From Acidobacteriota bacterium (GTDB lineage Bacteria; Acidobacteriota; UBA6911; RPQK01; JACQSY01), in NCBI GenBank assembly GCA_016211085.1, contig JACQSY010000043.1, positions 22,845 to 86,844 on the forward strand: a stretch of 64,000 nt of DNA, read 5' to 3'. Positions 55,519 to 64,000 of the stretch are shown one piece after another. The position numbers and the translations under genes are program-made. How positions within the stretch are numbered: the stretch's first letter is position 1; every line of letters begins with the position of its first letter. The notes under the pieces are model-generated. The model was not told the DNA's origin. It ran no database searches and saw only the letters and a list, made by a program, of their open reading frames with translations.

Positions 55519-56771
55519 GCATTAAGATGCAGCAAGAGACTCGGACTCTGACTGGGAATGAGGCCGTGGCATTGGCGACAAAGCAGCTGCGACCGCATGT
55601 AGTCGCGGCTTACCCTATCACTCCGCAGACCGGAATCATCGAAACCTTTTCGGAGTATGTCAGCAATGGTGAGGTGGACACTGAGTTGGTGCTTGCCGAG
55701 TCCGAGCACAGTGCGATGAGCATTTGCGTAGGGGCTGCTGCAGCAGGCTCACGAGTTGCCACGGCTACCTCATCGCAGGGCCTCGCCCTCATGGCTGAGA
55801 TTGTCTACATTGCAGCCGGTATGCGTCTTCCCATGGTCATGGCGGTGACCAATCGAGCTCTCTCGGGTCCCCTGAATATTCACTGCGACCATTCCGATTC
55901 AATGATGGTGCGCGACTCGGGATGGATACAGATATTCTGCCGCGATGCACAGGAAGCCTACGACAGCATACTGATTGCCACCCGTCTGTCGGAGAAGCAA
56001 TCGGTTCGCTTGCCGGCAATGGTCTGTTACGACGGTTTCTTCGTTTCACACAATCTTACTCCCGTGCAGATCCTCACGGATGAGTCGGTCTTCTCTTTTG
56101 TGGGGCCCTTCAAAGCAGGCGTGGACTTACTGGACACATTGCATCCAGCAACGATGGGGGCGTTGGCTCTACAAAACTACTACCTGGAGTTCAAGCGAGC
56201 TCAAGCTGAGGCAATGAGGCAGGCTTTGGATTGGGCTCCTCAAATACAAGAAGAGTTCCGCCTCGTGAGTGGCCGCTCCTATGGCATGTTCCAGCAATAC
56301 AGGCTGGAAGACGCGCAGTTGGTGCTCATTGCGCTAGGGTCGGTCAGCCGGACTGCGGAGGTGGTGGTGGATCGGTTGCGCAGTGCGGGATGGAAAGTGG
56401 GAATTCTGGCGCCGCGGTTTTACCGTCCTTTCCCAAGGGCGGAATTGAGCAGTGCGCTGGTCGGGAAGCGCGCGATAGCGGTACTGGACCGGGCTGATTC
56501 CTGTGGCGCCTTTACTGGTCCCTTGGGACTTGAGGTGAAATCCGCGCTCTTTGACCACGGCGTCACGGTTCCAGTGTGGAACATGATCTATGGCCTGGGG
56601 GGGCGGAATATCACCGAACAGGATATTGAAGGGATTTTTTTCCAGCTTCTCAAAATCGTGCAGACCGGAACAGCACCGCCTGAGGACGCGGATTATTTTG
56701 GTGTCCGAGAAGGGCCTGCAGAAGCAGGGGGTAGTCAAAAATGGGTCGAAGTCTCAACCTTAAGGAACTAA
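55515..56771 (+). CDS. porA: 2-oxoacid:ferredoxin oxidoreductase alpha subunit
   Basis: PorA-like N-terminus (…LTGNEAVALA…AAYPITPQT…), 418 aa. Confidence 0.8.
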   Translation: MSIKMQQETRTLTGNEAVALATKQLRPHVVAAYPITPQTGIIETFSEYVSNGEVDTELVLAESEHSAMSICVGAAAAGSRVATATSSQGLALMAEIVYIAAGMRLPMVMAVTNRALSGPLNIHCDHSDSMMVRDSGWIQIFCRDAQEAYDSILIATRLSEKQSVRLPAMVCYDGFFVSHNLTPVQILTDESVFSFVGPFKAGVDLLDTLHPATMGALALQNYYLEFKRAQAEAMRQALDWAPQIQEEFRLVSGRSYGMFQQYRLEDAQLVLIALGSVSRTAEVVVDRLRSAGWKVGILAPRFYRPFPRAELSSALVGKRAIAVLDRADSCGAFTGPLGLEVKSALFDHGVTVPVWNMIYGLGGRNITEQDIEGIFFQLLKIVQTGTAPPEDADYFGVREGPAEAGGSQKWVEVSTLRN

Positions 56772-57670
56772 CGCGTGAAACTCCGCCTTTAGGTCCCGGG
56801 CACCGGCTCTGCGCGGGTTGCACGGCTTCGGCCATCGTACGCCTGGTGCTCATGGCTGCCGATCGTCCTGTGGTGGTGGTCAACGCAACAGGGTGTCTGG
56901 AAGTCGCCACCACGGTGTATCCCTACACGGCATGGAACATGCCCTGGATGCACAATGCTTTTGAGAATGCTGCCGCGACGGTCTCGGGGATAGAAGCCGC
57001 CTACCGTGTGCGCATGCGGCGAGGGGAATTGCGCGAGCCCCTGTATTTTGTGGCCTTCGGAGGTGATGGAGGCACCTACGACATCGGACTCCAGTCACTT
57101 TCGGGCGCGCTCGAACGAGGGCACCGCTTTGTCTATGTTTGCTACGACAATGAAGCCTACATGAATACGGGAATCCAGCGCTCCAGCTCTACTCCATTGG
57201 GAAGCTGGACCACCACCACGCCGGTTGGAAGCGTTACGGTTGGCAAGAGCACTCGACGCAAAGATCTCACGGCAATCATCAGCGCCCATCGCATCCCCTA
57301 CGTGGCTCAATGCGCGATTTCCCATCATATGGACCTGATGCGAAAAGCCCGTAAGGCCTTTGACGCCACAGGTCCTGCCTTCTTGAATATTCTTTCCCCC
57401 TGTGTGCCAGGCTGGCGTATCGAACCCTCCGACACCGTTCGGGTATCACAAATGGCCGTAGATACCTGTTTCTGGCCCCTCTTTGAATGTGAGGAGGGGA
57501 AGCTGCGCGTGACGGTACAACCCAAAGAGAAGAAACCGGTGCAGGAGTATTTTCAGATTCAGGGTCGCTATCGGCATTTACTGCGGCCCGAACATGAAGC
57601 ATTGGTGGCCAAGATGCAGCAGGAGGTGGACCAGGATTGGCAGCGTCTGAAGGAGGGTCGAATACTTTAG
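56741..57670 (+). CDS. porB: 2-oxoacid:ferredoxin oxidoreductase beta subunit (TPP-binding)
   Basis: Cys set for Fe-S (CAGCTAS…), TPP motif region GGDGG…YDN, 309 aa. Confidence 0.8.
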   Translation: MGRSLNLKELTRETPPLGPGHRLCAGCTASAIVRLVLMAADRPVVVVNATGCLEVATTVYPYTAWNMPWMHNAFENAAATVSGIEAAYRVRMRRGELREPLYFVAFGGDGGTYDIGLQSLSGALERGHRFVYVCYDNEAYMNTGIQRSSSTPLGSWTTTTPVGSVTVGKSTRRKDLTAIISAHRIPYVAQCAISHHMDLMRKARKAFDATGPAFLNILSPCVPGWRIEPSDTVRVSQMAVDTCFWPLFECEEGKLRVTVQPKEKKPVQEYFQIQGRYRHLLRPEHEALVAKMQQEVDQDWQRLKEGRIL

Positions 57671-57863
57671 TGTCTTCTGACAGTCAAAGCTTGGTTATCT
57701 CTCTGGACAGTCACCTGCTTGCAGAATACCGTTTTCCAACCGTCGCGCTGAGGAAAAATTTTTTCGACTCAGCGGCCGCACGATATTCAGATGCCATATA
57801 CCCCTACATAGGGTTATTCTAGAATAAGTCCAGCATAAGCTTGCCCGGCTACGGAGGTTCCTT

Positions 57864-59366
57864 ATGAGACGTGTAATACCCCGAGCCTTTTTTAACCCCT
57901 TAAGCCTGTTTGGAGCGGGCCTTTCGTTTCTCAGCCTTGCAATCATCATTTTTCTCATCCTTTTTGAAGCTGTATCGGGAGGAGAAACCCCACCTTACAG
58001 TGGCATTCTCACCCTGGTGGTGATCCCCGGCTTCTTGGTGTTAGGACTCTTCATAGTCCTGCTGGGAATGCTGTGGGAGCGGCGCCGTGTTCGCAGAGGA
58101 GGAACCGAGCGCAGCCGTTATCCTCAAATCGATTTCAACGATCCTCGGCAGAGAGCTGTTTTCGCATTTGTCATAGCAATAATCGTAGTTTTCGTCCTTG
58201 CCTCGGTACTGGGTGCCTACAACGCCTACGAGTATACCGAGTCGACGGAATTTTGCGGGCTTGCCTGTCATTCCGTGATGAAACCCCAGCACGTATCCTT
58301 TCAGCACTCGCCCCATGCGCGGATCATGTGTGTAAACTGCCACGTGGGAGAAGGAGCAGGACGCTATATTCAATCCAAGCTGCTGGGGGTCCGCCAACTT
58401 TTCCTCCTGGCGCGAGGCAACTACCCCCGCCCCATCGATACTCCCGTAAAAAATATGCTTCCCGCTCGGGACACTTGTGAACGGTGCCATTGGTCACGTC
58501 ACTTTCAGGGATCACAGCTAAAAACGATCAATTATTTTTTGCCGGATGAGCAGAATTCGCCGTGGTCCACCGTCCTGCTGATGAGAATCGGAGGCGGGGA
58601 AAGCAGCGAAATGGGCCCCACGTCTGGGATTCACTGGCATATGAATCTGGAGCATGAGGTGAGCTATGTTGCGACCGATCCGGACCGTCAGGTGATCCCG
58701 TGGATACGTTCGAAGGCGCGCGATGGAAAGGTGACCGAATACTTGAGCAAGGACAGCGAACTCACCACAGAGCGGATTGAAAGCGCTCCTAAGCGGCGGA
58801 TGGATTGTATGGACTGCCACAATCGCCCGAGCCACGTTTTTAGGTCGGCCAACGAAGCGGTCAACGAGTTCATGAGCCTGGGGTTGATCGATCCGAAACT
58901 GCCTTCTGCCAAAAGTATCTCGGTAGAGGCATTGGAGCAGCCTTATACGACGGAAAAGGAAGCCTTGAAGGGGATCGGGGAATTCGTGCGGCAGAAGTAT
59001 GCTGAAGGATACCCTCAACTCAGCCCGGAACAGAAAGCTGCAATGGAAAGAGCCATTCTCGAATTACAAACAATCTACAGCCGAAATTATTTCCCAGAGA
59101 TGAAAGTCTCGTGGAAGACGTACCCGGATCACATCGGTCATTTTACGAGTCCTGGCTGTTTCCGTTGTCACGACAACAATCACGTCAGCAAGGACGGGAA
59201 GGTTTTGTCGCGTGACTGCAATCTTTGCCACACCATCATGGCCCAAGGTCCTGATATATCACAAGCGCCTCCCGTTCCTCAGCCGTTGCCCTTTGAGCAT
59301 CCGGAAGACATCGGTGAAATGTGGATGGAATCAAATTGCAGTGACTGCCACGGTCCTGCCGAGTAA
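57864..59366 (+). CDS. inner-membrane multiheme c-type cytochrome, NapC/NirT family, ImcH-like (3 TM + ~7 hemes)
   Basis: Three N-terminal TM helices, NapC/NirT-like first site FCGLACHSVM (CX3CH), then CVNCH, CERCH, CMDCH, CFRCH, CNLCH, CSDCH; 500 aa. Confidence 0.55.
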   Translation: MRRVIPRAFFNPLSLFGAGLSFLSLAIIIFLILFEAVSGGETPPYSGILTLVVIPGFLVLGLFIVLLGMLWERRRVRRGGTERSRYPQIDFNDPRQRAVFAFVIAIIVVFVLASVLGAYNAYEYTESTEFCGLACHSVMKPQHVSFQHSPHARIMCVNCHVGEGAGRYIQSKLLGVRQLFLLARGNYPRPIDTPVKNMLPARDTCERCHWSRHFQGSQLKTINYFLPDEQNSPWSTVLLMRIGGGESSEMGPTSGIHWHMNLEHEVSYVATDPDRQVIPWIRSKARDGKVTEYLSKDSELTTERIESAPKRRMDCMDCHNRPSHVFRSANEAVNEFMSLGLIDPKLPSAKSISVEALEQPYTTEKEALKGIGEFVRQKYAEGYPQLSPEQKAAMERAILELQTIYSRNYFPEMKVSWKTYPDHIGHFTSPGCFRCHDNNHVSKDGKVLSRDCNLCHTIMAQGPDISQAPPVPQPLPFEHPEDIGEMWMESNCSDCHGPAE

Positions 59367-59503
59367 TGTCTTCGGCCCCAGGGGCTAGAGTGGACATAAA
59401 GGTAGGAATCACGGTAGCGTCATTAGAAGCAGAAGCCGGCTTTCGGCTCTTGCCACGGCAGCTTGCCATTGCTCTGAACTTCCGATGAACTGAGGAAAAC
59501 TTC

Positions 59504-60778
59504 GTGAAGAAAAAACGGCCCGTTCGCCTGCAGGGAAAAGATTTGCGTCCAGAAAGCCTCATGATGACCTACGGGTACCATCCCGAATGGTCGGAAGGAG
59601 CCTTAAAGTGCCCCATTTTTCAGACCTCGACGTTTGTTTTCAAAAGCGCAGAGGAGGGGAAAAAATTCTTCGAGTTTGCGTGGGGTTTGCGAAAAAAAAG
59701 TGCTCGAGCGGAACCCGGCTTGATCTATAGCAGGCTGAACAATCCTGATCTGGAAGTACTGGAGGATCGTTTGACATTGTGGGACGAAGCTGAGGCTTGT
59801 GTGGTGTTTGAAAGCGGCATGGCGGCAATCAGCACCACTCTGCTGGAATTCCTTCGTCCAGGAGATACCGTCCTGTACAGCGAACCGCTTTATGGCGGCA
59901 CCGACTACCTCTTGAAGCAGGTCCTGACACGTTTTGGGATCCGTCCCGTGGGCTTTAGAGCAGAGAGCAGCCTGGAGGAAATCGAGAAGATCCTTCGCCA
60001 TGGGGGAACCTCTGAAAAGCTGGGAATGATCTACGTGGAGACTCCCTCAAACCCCACCAACGCTATCGTGGATATTGCCGCCTGCGCGGAAGCCGCCCGA
60101 CGGCATTCCACGCGCAAACGGCGTGTGTTGGTGGCAGTCGACAACACCTTCCTGGGACCGCTCTGGCAGCAGCCGTTAAAGCATGGAGCAGACCTGGTGC
60201 TTTATTCGGCAACAAAGTACATGGGAGGCCATAGCGATCTGATTGCCGGAGTTTGCCTGGGCTCAAGCGAGCTCATTGATCGCATTAAAGGGTTGCGCAG
60301 TTTTTTGGGGACCATGGCCGGACCCTGGACCGGTTGGCTTCTCATGCGCAGCCTGGAAACACTGAAGCTCCGAATGACCTGCCAGATGAAGAATGCCCGT
60401 TACGTTGCTGATTTTCTGGTAGACCATCCGAAGGTGGAACGGGTTTATTACCTGGGACATCTTCCTGCTCAGGATCCACAACACCGGGTCTACAGAAAGC
60501 AGTGCACTGCTCCTGGAGCAATGATTTCAATTGACATCATCGGAGGGGAGTCGGCGGCTTTCAAGTTTCTCAACAATCTGAAGCTTTTCAAGCTTGCCGT
60601 CAGTCTTGGCGGGACGGAATCGCTGGCTGAGCATCCTTCAAGCATGACTCATTCGGAGTTGGTCCCGGAGACCCGCCACCGCCTGGGAATCACCGACAAA
60701 ATGGTACGGCTTTCAATTGGCGTGGAACATCCTGAAGATCTGATAGCCGATCTCAAGCAGGCCTTGGATGCCGTCTGA
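59504..60778 (+). CDS. PLP-dependent Cys/Met metabolism enzyme (methionine gamma-lyase / cystathionine gamma-synthase family)
   Basis: Family-typical N-terminal …FQTSTF…, PLP-Lys region SATKYMGGHSD(L)IAG, 424 aa. Confidence 0.8.
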   Translation: MKKKRPVRLQGKDLRPESLMMTYGYHPEWSEGALKCPIFQTSTFVFKSAEEGKKFFEFAWGLRKKSARAEPGLIYSRLNNPDLEVLEDRLTLWDEAEACVVFESGMAAISTTLLEFLRPGDTVLYSEPLYGGTDYLLKQVLTRFGIRPVGFRAESSLEEIEKILRHGGTSEKLGMIYVETPSNPTNAIVDIAACAEAARRHSTRKRRVLVAVDNTFLGPLWQQPLKHGADLVLYSATKYMGGHSDLIAGVCLGSSELIDRIKGLRSFLGTMAGPWTGWLLMRSLETLKLRMTCQMKNARYVADFLVDHPKVERVYYLGHLPAQDPQHRVYRKQCTAPGAMISIDIIGGESAAFKFLNNLKLFKLAVSLGGTESLAEHPSSMTHSELVPETRHRLGITDKMVRLSIGVEHPEDLIADLKQALDAV

Positions 60779-60896
60779 AAGTCGTGGCTTTGACTTTCAC
60801 CTGTTCCTTTCGCGAGCTCCCAGCATGTAGCCAAGAGCAAAAATGGCAACAACGGCAACGATGTGAAAGATTAATAGACCCATTTCTAGGGACAGT

Positions 60897-61394
60897 CTAC
60901 ACGTTTCCGCTTTCCCCAGGGAATAAGAGCGCGCGTTCCTCTGTGGTAGTGATTTGGTCAAGACGGGGATATAAGATATTCTTCTCCCGTTCGTCGTGGT
61001 GTTCGGCCAAGCGTTTAAACATGGCCTCCTGGTCAAGGAGAGCGATGATCTTGCGCCGCCTTTGTAAGCCACTCTCCTCCGCTATCCGCTTTAACGCCTC
61101 TTGAATCTCATCCAACATTTGCCGCATGCGCCGGTGCTCAGCCAGAAACAGTTCAACTCCCCCGCCCGGGACATTGGCGTTTCTTTCCTGGAAGATCGGA
61201 AGCAGCCGTTGCTCCTCTTCTGTCATATGAGCCAACAATCGCCGACGAAACTGACTCAGGAGTTGCTGAGCCGCATCTAGATCAGCGTCCAACAACGCTT
61301 CCTGATGTGTCAGGAAAAGTTCGGTGAGCGCTTCGTGCACCCGGAGCAGAGCCAAGAAAGAAGTCTTACTCTGGCCGTGATCAAAAGGGCTCAT
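60897..61394 (-). CDS. hemerythrin-like (HHE cation-binding) domain protein
   Basis: Repeated H…E…H/HxxxE helices (…LAEHRRMRQMLDEI…, …FKRLAEHHDEREKNILYPRL…); start at Met 16 preceded by GAGG. Confidence 0.6.
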   Translation of the reverse strand: MSPFDHGQSKTSFLALLRVHEALTELFLTHQEALLDADLDAAQQLLSQFRRRLLAHMTEEEQRLLPIFQERNANVPGGGVELFLAEHRRMRQMLDEIQEALKRIAEESGLQRRRKIIALLDQEAMFKRLAEHHDEREKNILYPRLDQITTTEERALLFPGESGNV

Positions 61395-61643
61395 TTTGCC
61401 TCGGTGAGTCACACATTTTTCATGAACTGAAGTGTACACATTATCACTATTTAAGTTTTGTGGTGAGTGACCCGAGTATGGATGGAGGATGCTGCGGCTT
61501 TATGGGGCATAATGCGCAGAAAGCGGAGTCTCTACGCCTGATCTCCGGGCGTGTCTGAAGCGGCTTTCTCTTTAGCGTCAGACGATTTGTCAAGACCCCT
61601 AGCGGCATTTAAATAATGGCACCGAGCATGCACGAAATTCGGC

Positions 61644-61991
61644 GTGCGCAGGATCGCCATTATCAGTCCGGACGAAGGTTTCCTCAAACAGTGGCATTGG
61701 AATCTGGAGCAAGCCGGGTACGCTATTTCGCTGGCCGGCTCCCTTGAGGAGGCTTTCTTGGAAATGAATCAAATAGATCCTTTTCTGATCATTGTGGATT
61801 CGGCGGCGATGCGGGACAAGGTATGGCAAGCGCAAAAGATTCTTACTTGGTTCAACAGACGTTCCGCTCTAGTGTGCCTGGGCGACGAGTCAGGGGCCCA
61901 ATCGCAAGGGATGTTTGACCAGATCTTTCCCAGAAATACTAGCAAGTCTAAACTACTGGCCTGGATCGAATTACATCGTGCTCCTCTATAG
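61644..61991 (+). CDS. receiver-like (CheY-fold) single-domain protein, possibly degenerate
   Basis: IAIISPDEG…FLIIVDSAAM… pattern resembling receiver beta1/beta3 strands; weak. Confidence 0.35.
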   Translation: MRRIAIISPDEGFLKQWHWNLEQAGYAISLAGSLEEAFLEMNQIDPFLIIVDSAAMRDKVWQAQKILTWFNRRSALVCLGDESGAQSQGMFDQIFPRNTSKSKLLAWIELHRAPL

Positions 61992-62133
61992 GGGCAAAAT
62001 ACCCACTCGTTTAGTTTTCTCCCCCCACCCGCAGAGCCCTGGAACACTCCCATTTCGTTGAACTCTTGTCCCAGCATTACTTAGACGTCCCGGTCTGGGA
62101 GTTGCACCACTTAGGCACGGTTGAGGAATAAAG

Positions 62134-62676
62134 GTGAGTACCCAGACTGAGAGCTATCCTTCAAGAGAGATAACGCTTGCTGATGGAACCGTTTTGAGGT
62201 TGCGGAAAACCGAAGGTTCCGAGATGGCGCGGCTAGAGCGATCGCTTGCGGAATCGTCCCATCCGGAAGTGGAGCCGTTTCGCAGCTTGGGCGGGATCTG
62301 TCCCATTCAGCTGTTTACGGCTTCTGGAGAGAAAGATGCGGTGGCCGCCTTCGTGATAGTTAACGGCCGAGAGGAACTGGCGGGACTTGGCCGGTTCCAC
62401 CGTTTGCCGGGTTCGGATCTAGCGGAGGCCTACGTTTATGTGAAAAAAGCGTTTCGAAATCGGGGAATCGGCTTGCAGTTGGTACAACGACTCACGGTTC
62501 AAGCTCACGAAAAGAATTTGGCGGGTTTTGTCGGGACAGTAAACGCGCGGGGACTTCACGTGCTGCAGGTCCTGCGTCACCACGGCGAGGGGATTATCAG
62601 GACAGAAGTCCGTGATCCGGAGTACTTGGTTTTCTATTGCTGGAAAGGGTCAGGTCCACGGCACGGTCGTCAATAG
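62134..62676 (+). CDS. GNAT-family N-acetyltransferase
   Basis: Acetyl-CoA binding motif A (…RNRGIGLQLVQRL…), 180 aa, GTG start after GAGGAA. Confidence 0.7.
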   Translation: MSTQTESYPSREITLADGTVLRLRKTEGSEMARLERSLAESSHPEVEPFRSLGGICPIQLFTASGEKDAVAAFVIVNGREELAGLGRFHRLPGSDLAEAYVYVKKAFRNRGIGLQLVQRLTVQAHEKNLAGFVGTVNARGLHVLQVLRHHGEGIIRTEVRDPEYLVFYCWKGSGPRHGRQ

Positions 62677-62692
62677 CTAGCGAGGAAAAATC

Positions 62693-63232
62693 ATGAACGA
62701 AGCCATGAACAATCTCATTCAGTGTCACGATCGGATACTGGCACAGATGGAGCAGCTCAAGCAGATCGTTGAAGAAATAGCCAGCTCGTGTTTCCCGCTG
62801 AATCCGTTTCAGGCCAATCGTGAGAGACTGGAAGAATTCTTCCGGTTTATGGCAACACGTGGCGTGCTGCACACCCGCCAAGAGGAGGAGGCTCTCTTCC
62901 CGATTCTCCTACGCCGCTTTCTTGAAGCTGGAATTCGGCCTGGCGAGACGCCGGCCGACGTCATGGAATCGGAGCACCGTGAAGCTGAGGAGATCTTGCA
63001 ACTCCAGAAGAAACGATTTGCCGAACTGCTTGAATTAAAGTCGGACCGGCCGGAGGATTATCTCTCCTTTTGTGCGTTGATGCTGGAGCTGGTTAACAGA
63101 TACCGGCGGCACATTTGGAAAGAAAACAATGTGTTATTCCCCATGGCAGACACCCTGCTGTCGGAGGAAGAATTCGAAGAGGTTTGGAACAGGATGCAGG
63201 CTGCGGCGATAGGGGTTCAGATCAAGATATAA
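62693..63232 (+). CDS. hemerythrin-like domain protein
   Basis: H/E-rich four-helix pattern (…IQCHDRIL…, …HTRQEEEALFP…, …ESEHREAEEIL…, …RYRRHIWKENNVLFP…). Confidence 0.5.
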   Translation: MNEAMNNLIQCHDRILAQMEQLKQIVEEIASSCFPLNPFQANRERLEEFFRFMATRGVLHTRQEEEALFPILLRRFLEAGIRPGETPADVMESEHREAEEILQLQKKRFAELLELKSDRPEDYLSFCALMLELVNRYRRHIWKENNVLFPMADTLLSEEEFEEVWNRMQAAAIGVQIKI

Positions 63233-63244
63233 GGTGGATGAAAT

Positions 63245-64000
63245 ATGCTTGAACTTGGCTACTATTCTCTGATTTTCGCATGGCCGGTTACGCTTTTTGC
63301 TCTACTGGCGCTCGTACTGGCGCCCAGGCGATCAGAAGCACTCCGGCTCAGTGCTTATCGGGCCGCAGAATCTTCTTTTCTGCTGGTAACAGCCTCGTCG
63401 GTGGCTCTTTTGTACCTGCTGATTTTTCGCGATTTTCGACTCGAGTACGTCGCATCTTACGTGAGCAAGGATCTGTCGGCCGTGTATGCAGCCAGCGCCT
63501 TTTGGGGTGGGCAGGCAGGATCCTTATTGTTATGGACGCTCTTTTTGGGATTCTTTGGAATTATCGTTATTCGGCAGAACCAAAGCCGCCGTCCTGACGT
63601 TCTCCCCTATGTCACAGCCACCATCCAAGGAGTACAACTCTTTTTCCTGACCTTGATGCTGTATTCCGCAAATCCCTTTGCCCGTGTGGCCGAGGTTCCG
63701 GCCGATGGACAGGGCTTGAATCCTCTTTTGCAGAACTTCTTCATGATTTTGCACCCGCCTTTTCTTTATCTCGGATACGTGGGATTTACGATTCCTTTCG
63801 CTTTTGCTCTAGCGGCGCTGTTACTGCGCAAAACTGACCCGGAATGGATCCGCGCCACGCGGCGATGGACTCTTGTCAGTTGGTTCTTCTTAACCGCGGG
63901 GATTTTGCTGGGTAGCTATTGGGCGTATCTGGAGCTGGGATGGGGAGGGTACTGGGCGTGGGATCCTGTTGAAAACGCATCCTTGCTGCCCTGGCTGACT
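63245..64000 (+). CDS. ccmF: cytochrome c-type biogenesis heme lyase CcmF (N-terminal part; gene continues beyond window)
   Basis: Polytopic; tryptophan-rich WWD motif WGGYWAWDPVEN near the window end. Confidence 0.8.
   Translation, partial: MLELGYYSLIFAWPVTLFALLALVLAPRRSEALRLSAYRAAESSFLLVTASSVALLYLLIFRDFRLEYVASYVSKDLSAVYAASAFWGGQAGSLLLWTLFLGFFGIIVIRQNQSRRPDVLPYVTATIQGVQLFFLTLMLYSANPFARVAEVPADGQGLNPLLQNFFMILHPPFLYLGYVGFTIPFAFALAALLLRKTDPEWIRATRRWTLVSWFFLTAGILLGSYWAYLELGWGGYWAWDPVENASLLPWLT

Noticed and set aside
57693-57710. Weak sigma-54-like element (TGGAC-N7-CTGCT) upstream of the ImcH-like gene
   Set aside because: The -12 box deviates from TTGCW and no activator gene is adjacent; insufficient to call.
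1-64000. Searched for tRNA T-loop/acceptor signatures, CRISPR-like spaced repeats and transposase/integrase ORFs
   Set aside because: None found on manual scan. GTTCGA-like strings occur only inside coding regions, and no repeat-spacer periodicity was seen.

Overview
High-GC (~60%) bacterial chromosomal window dominated by anaerobic respiratory and extracellular-electron-transfer genes, all on a c-type-cytochrome-rich background. All calls are from reading the sequence and ORF translations; no database searches were run. No tRNA, rRNA, CRISPR array or transposase was recognised. The start of the window is ordinary metabolism: the C-terminal end of a CoxL/xanthine-dehydrogenase-family subunit, its CoxE (VWA) and CoxD (MoxR) accessory genes, a crotonase, a zinc alcohol dehydrogenase, an AhpD-like protein and a HemY-type oxidase. 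The accessory part then contains the following. (1) At 8.9-19.3 kb, an operon for a periplasmic (Tat-exported) NarG/NxrA-type molybdoenzyme of the type-II DMSO-reductase family. Its FS0 cluster-binding site reads C-x3-D-x3-C, the aspartate-substituted form I recall from periplasmic Nitrospira/anammox-type nitrite oxidoreductases. It has a NarH-like beta subunit, a TorD/NarJ-like chaperone, and an unusual gamma subunit: a probable lipoprotein with two class-I cytochrome c domains fused to an EB_dh-type heme-b domain. Two uncharacterised ORFs sit in the operon, and it is flanked by a PAS-LuxR regulator and an Rrf2 (NsrR/IscR-like, three-Cys) regulator. (2) At 20.7-29.2 kb, a sensor kinase and sigma-54 activator pair, a near-perfect sigma-54 promoter, and then an mtrCAB-like porin-cytochrome conduit: a 10-heme MtrC/OmcA-like protein, a compact 10-heme MtrA-like protein, and an MtrB-like outer-membrane barrel. 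(3) At 29.5-38.5 kb, a monoheme cytochrome c and an ACIII/Qrc/Psr-like quinone-interacting module: a pentaheme ActA-like protein, a Tat-exported molybdopterin-fold subunit, a 4Fe-4S protein, an NrfD-like protein and a four-repeat tetraheme cytochrome. Opposite it is a convergent mini-operon of a second NrfD-like protein plus two tiny membrane proteins. (4) At 38.7-45.4 kb, a second kinase/sigma-54 activator pair. The kinase periplasmic domain carries a CX4CH motif. The pair is divergent from a sigma-54-promoted operon encoding an octaheme cytochrome c, a Tat-exported 4Fe-4S protein and an NrfD-like protein. (5) At 45.6-64 kb: hemA overlapping a ccmE whose heme-binding His is replaced by Cys (CxxxY variant), mobA, a feoB-feoA-feoA-feoB tandem, a putative porin, porGDAB (2-oxoacid:ferredoxin oxidoreductase), an ImcH-like 7-heme inner-membrane NapC/NirT-family cytochrome, a Cys/Met-metabolism PLP enzyme, two hemerythrin-like proteins, a GNAT, and the start of ccmF.
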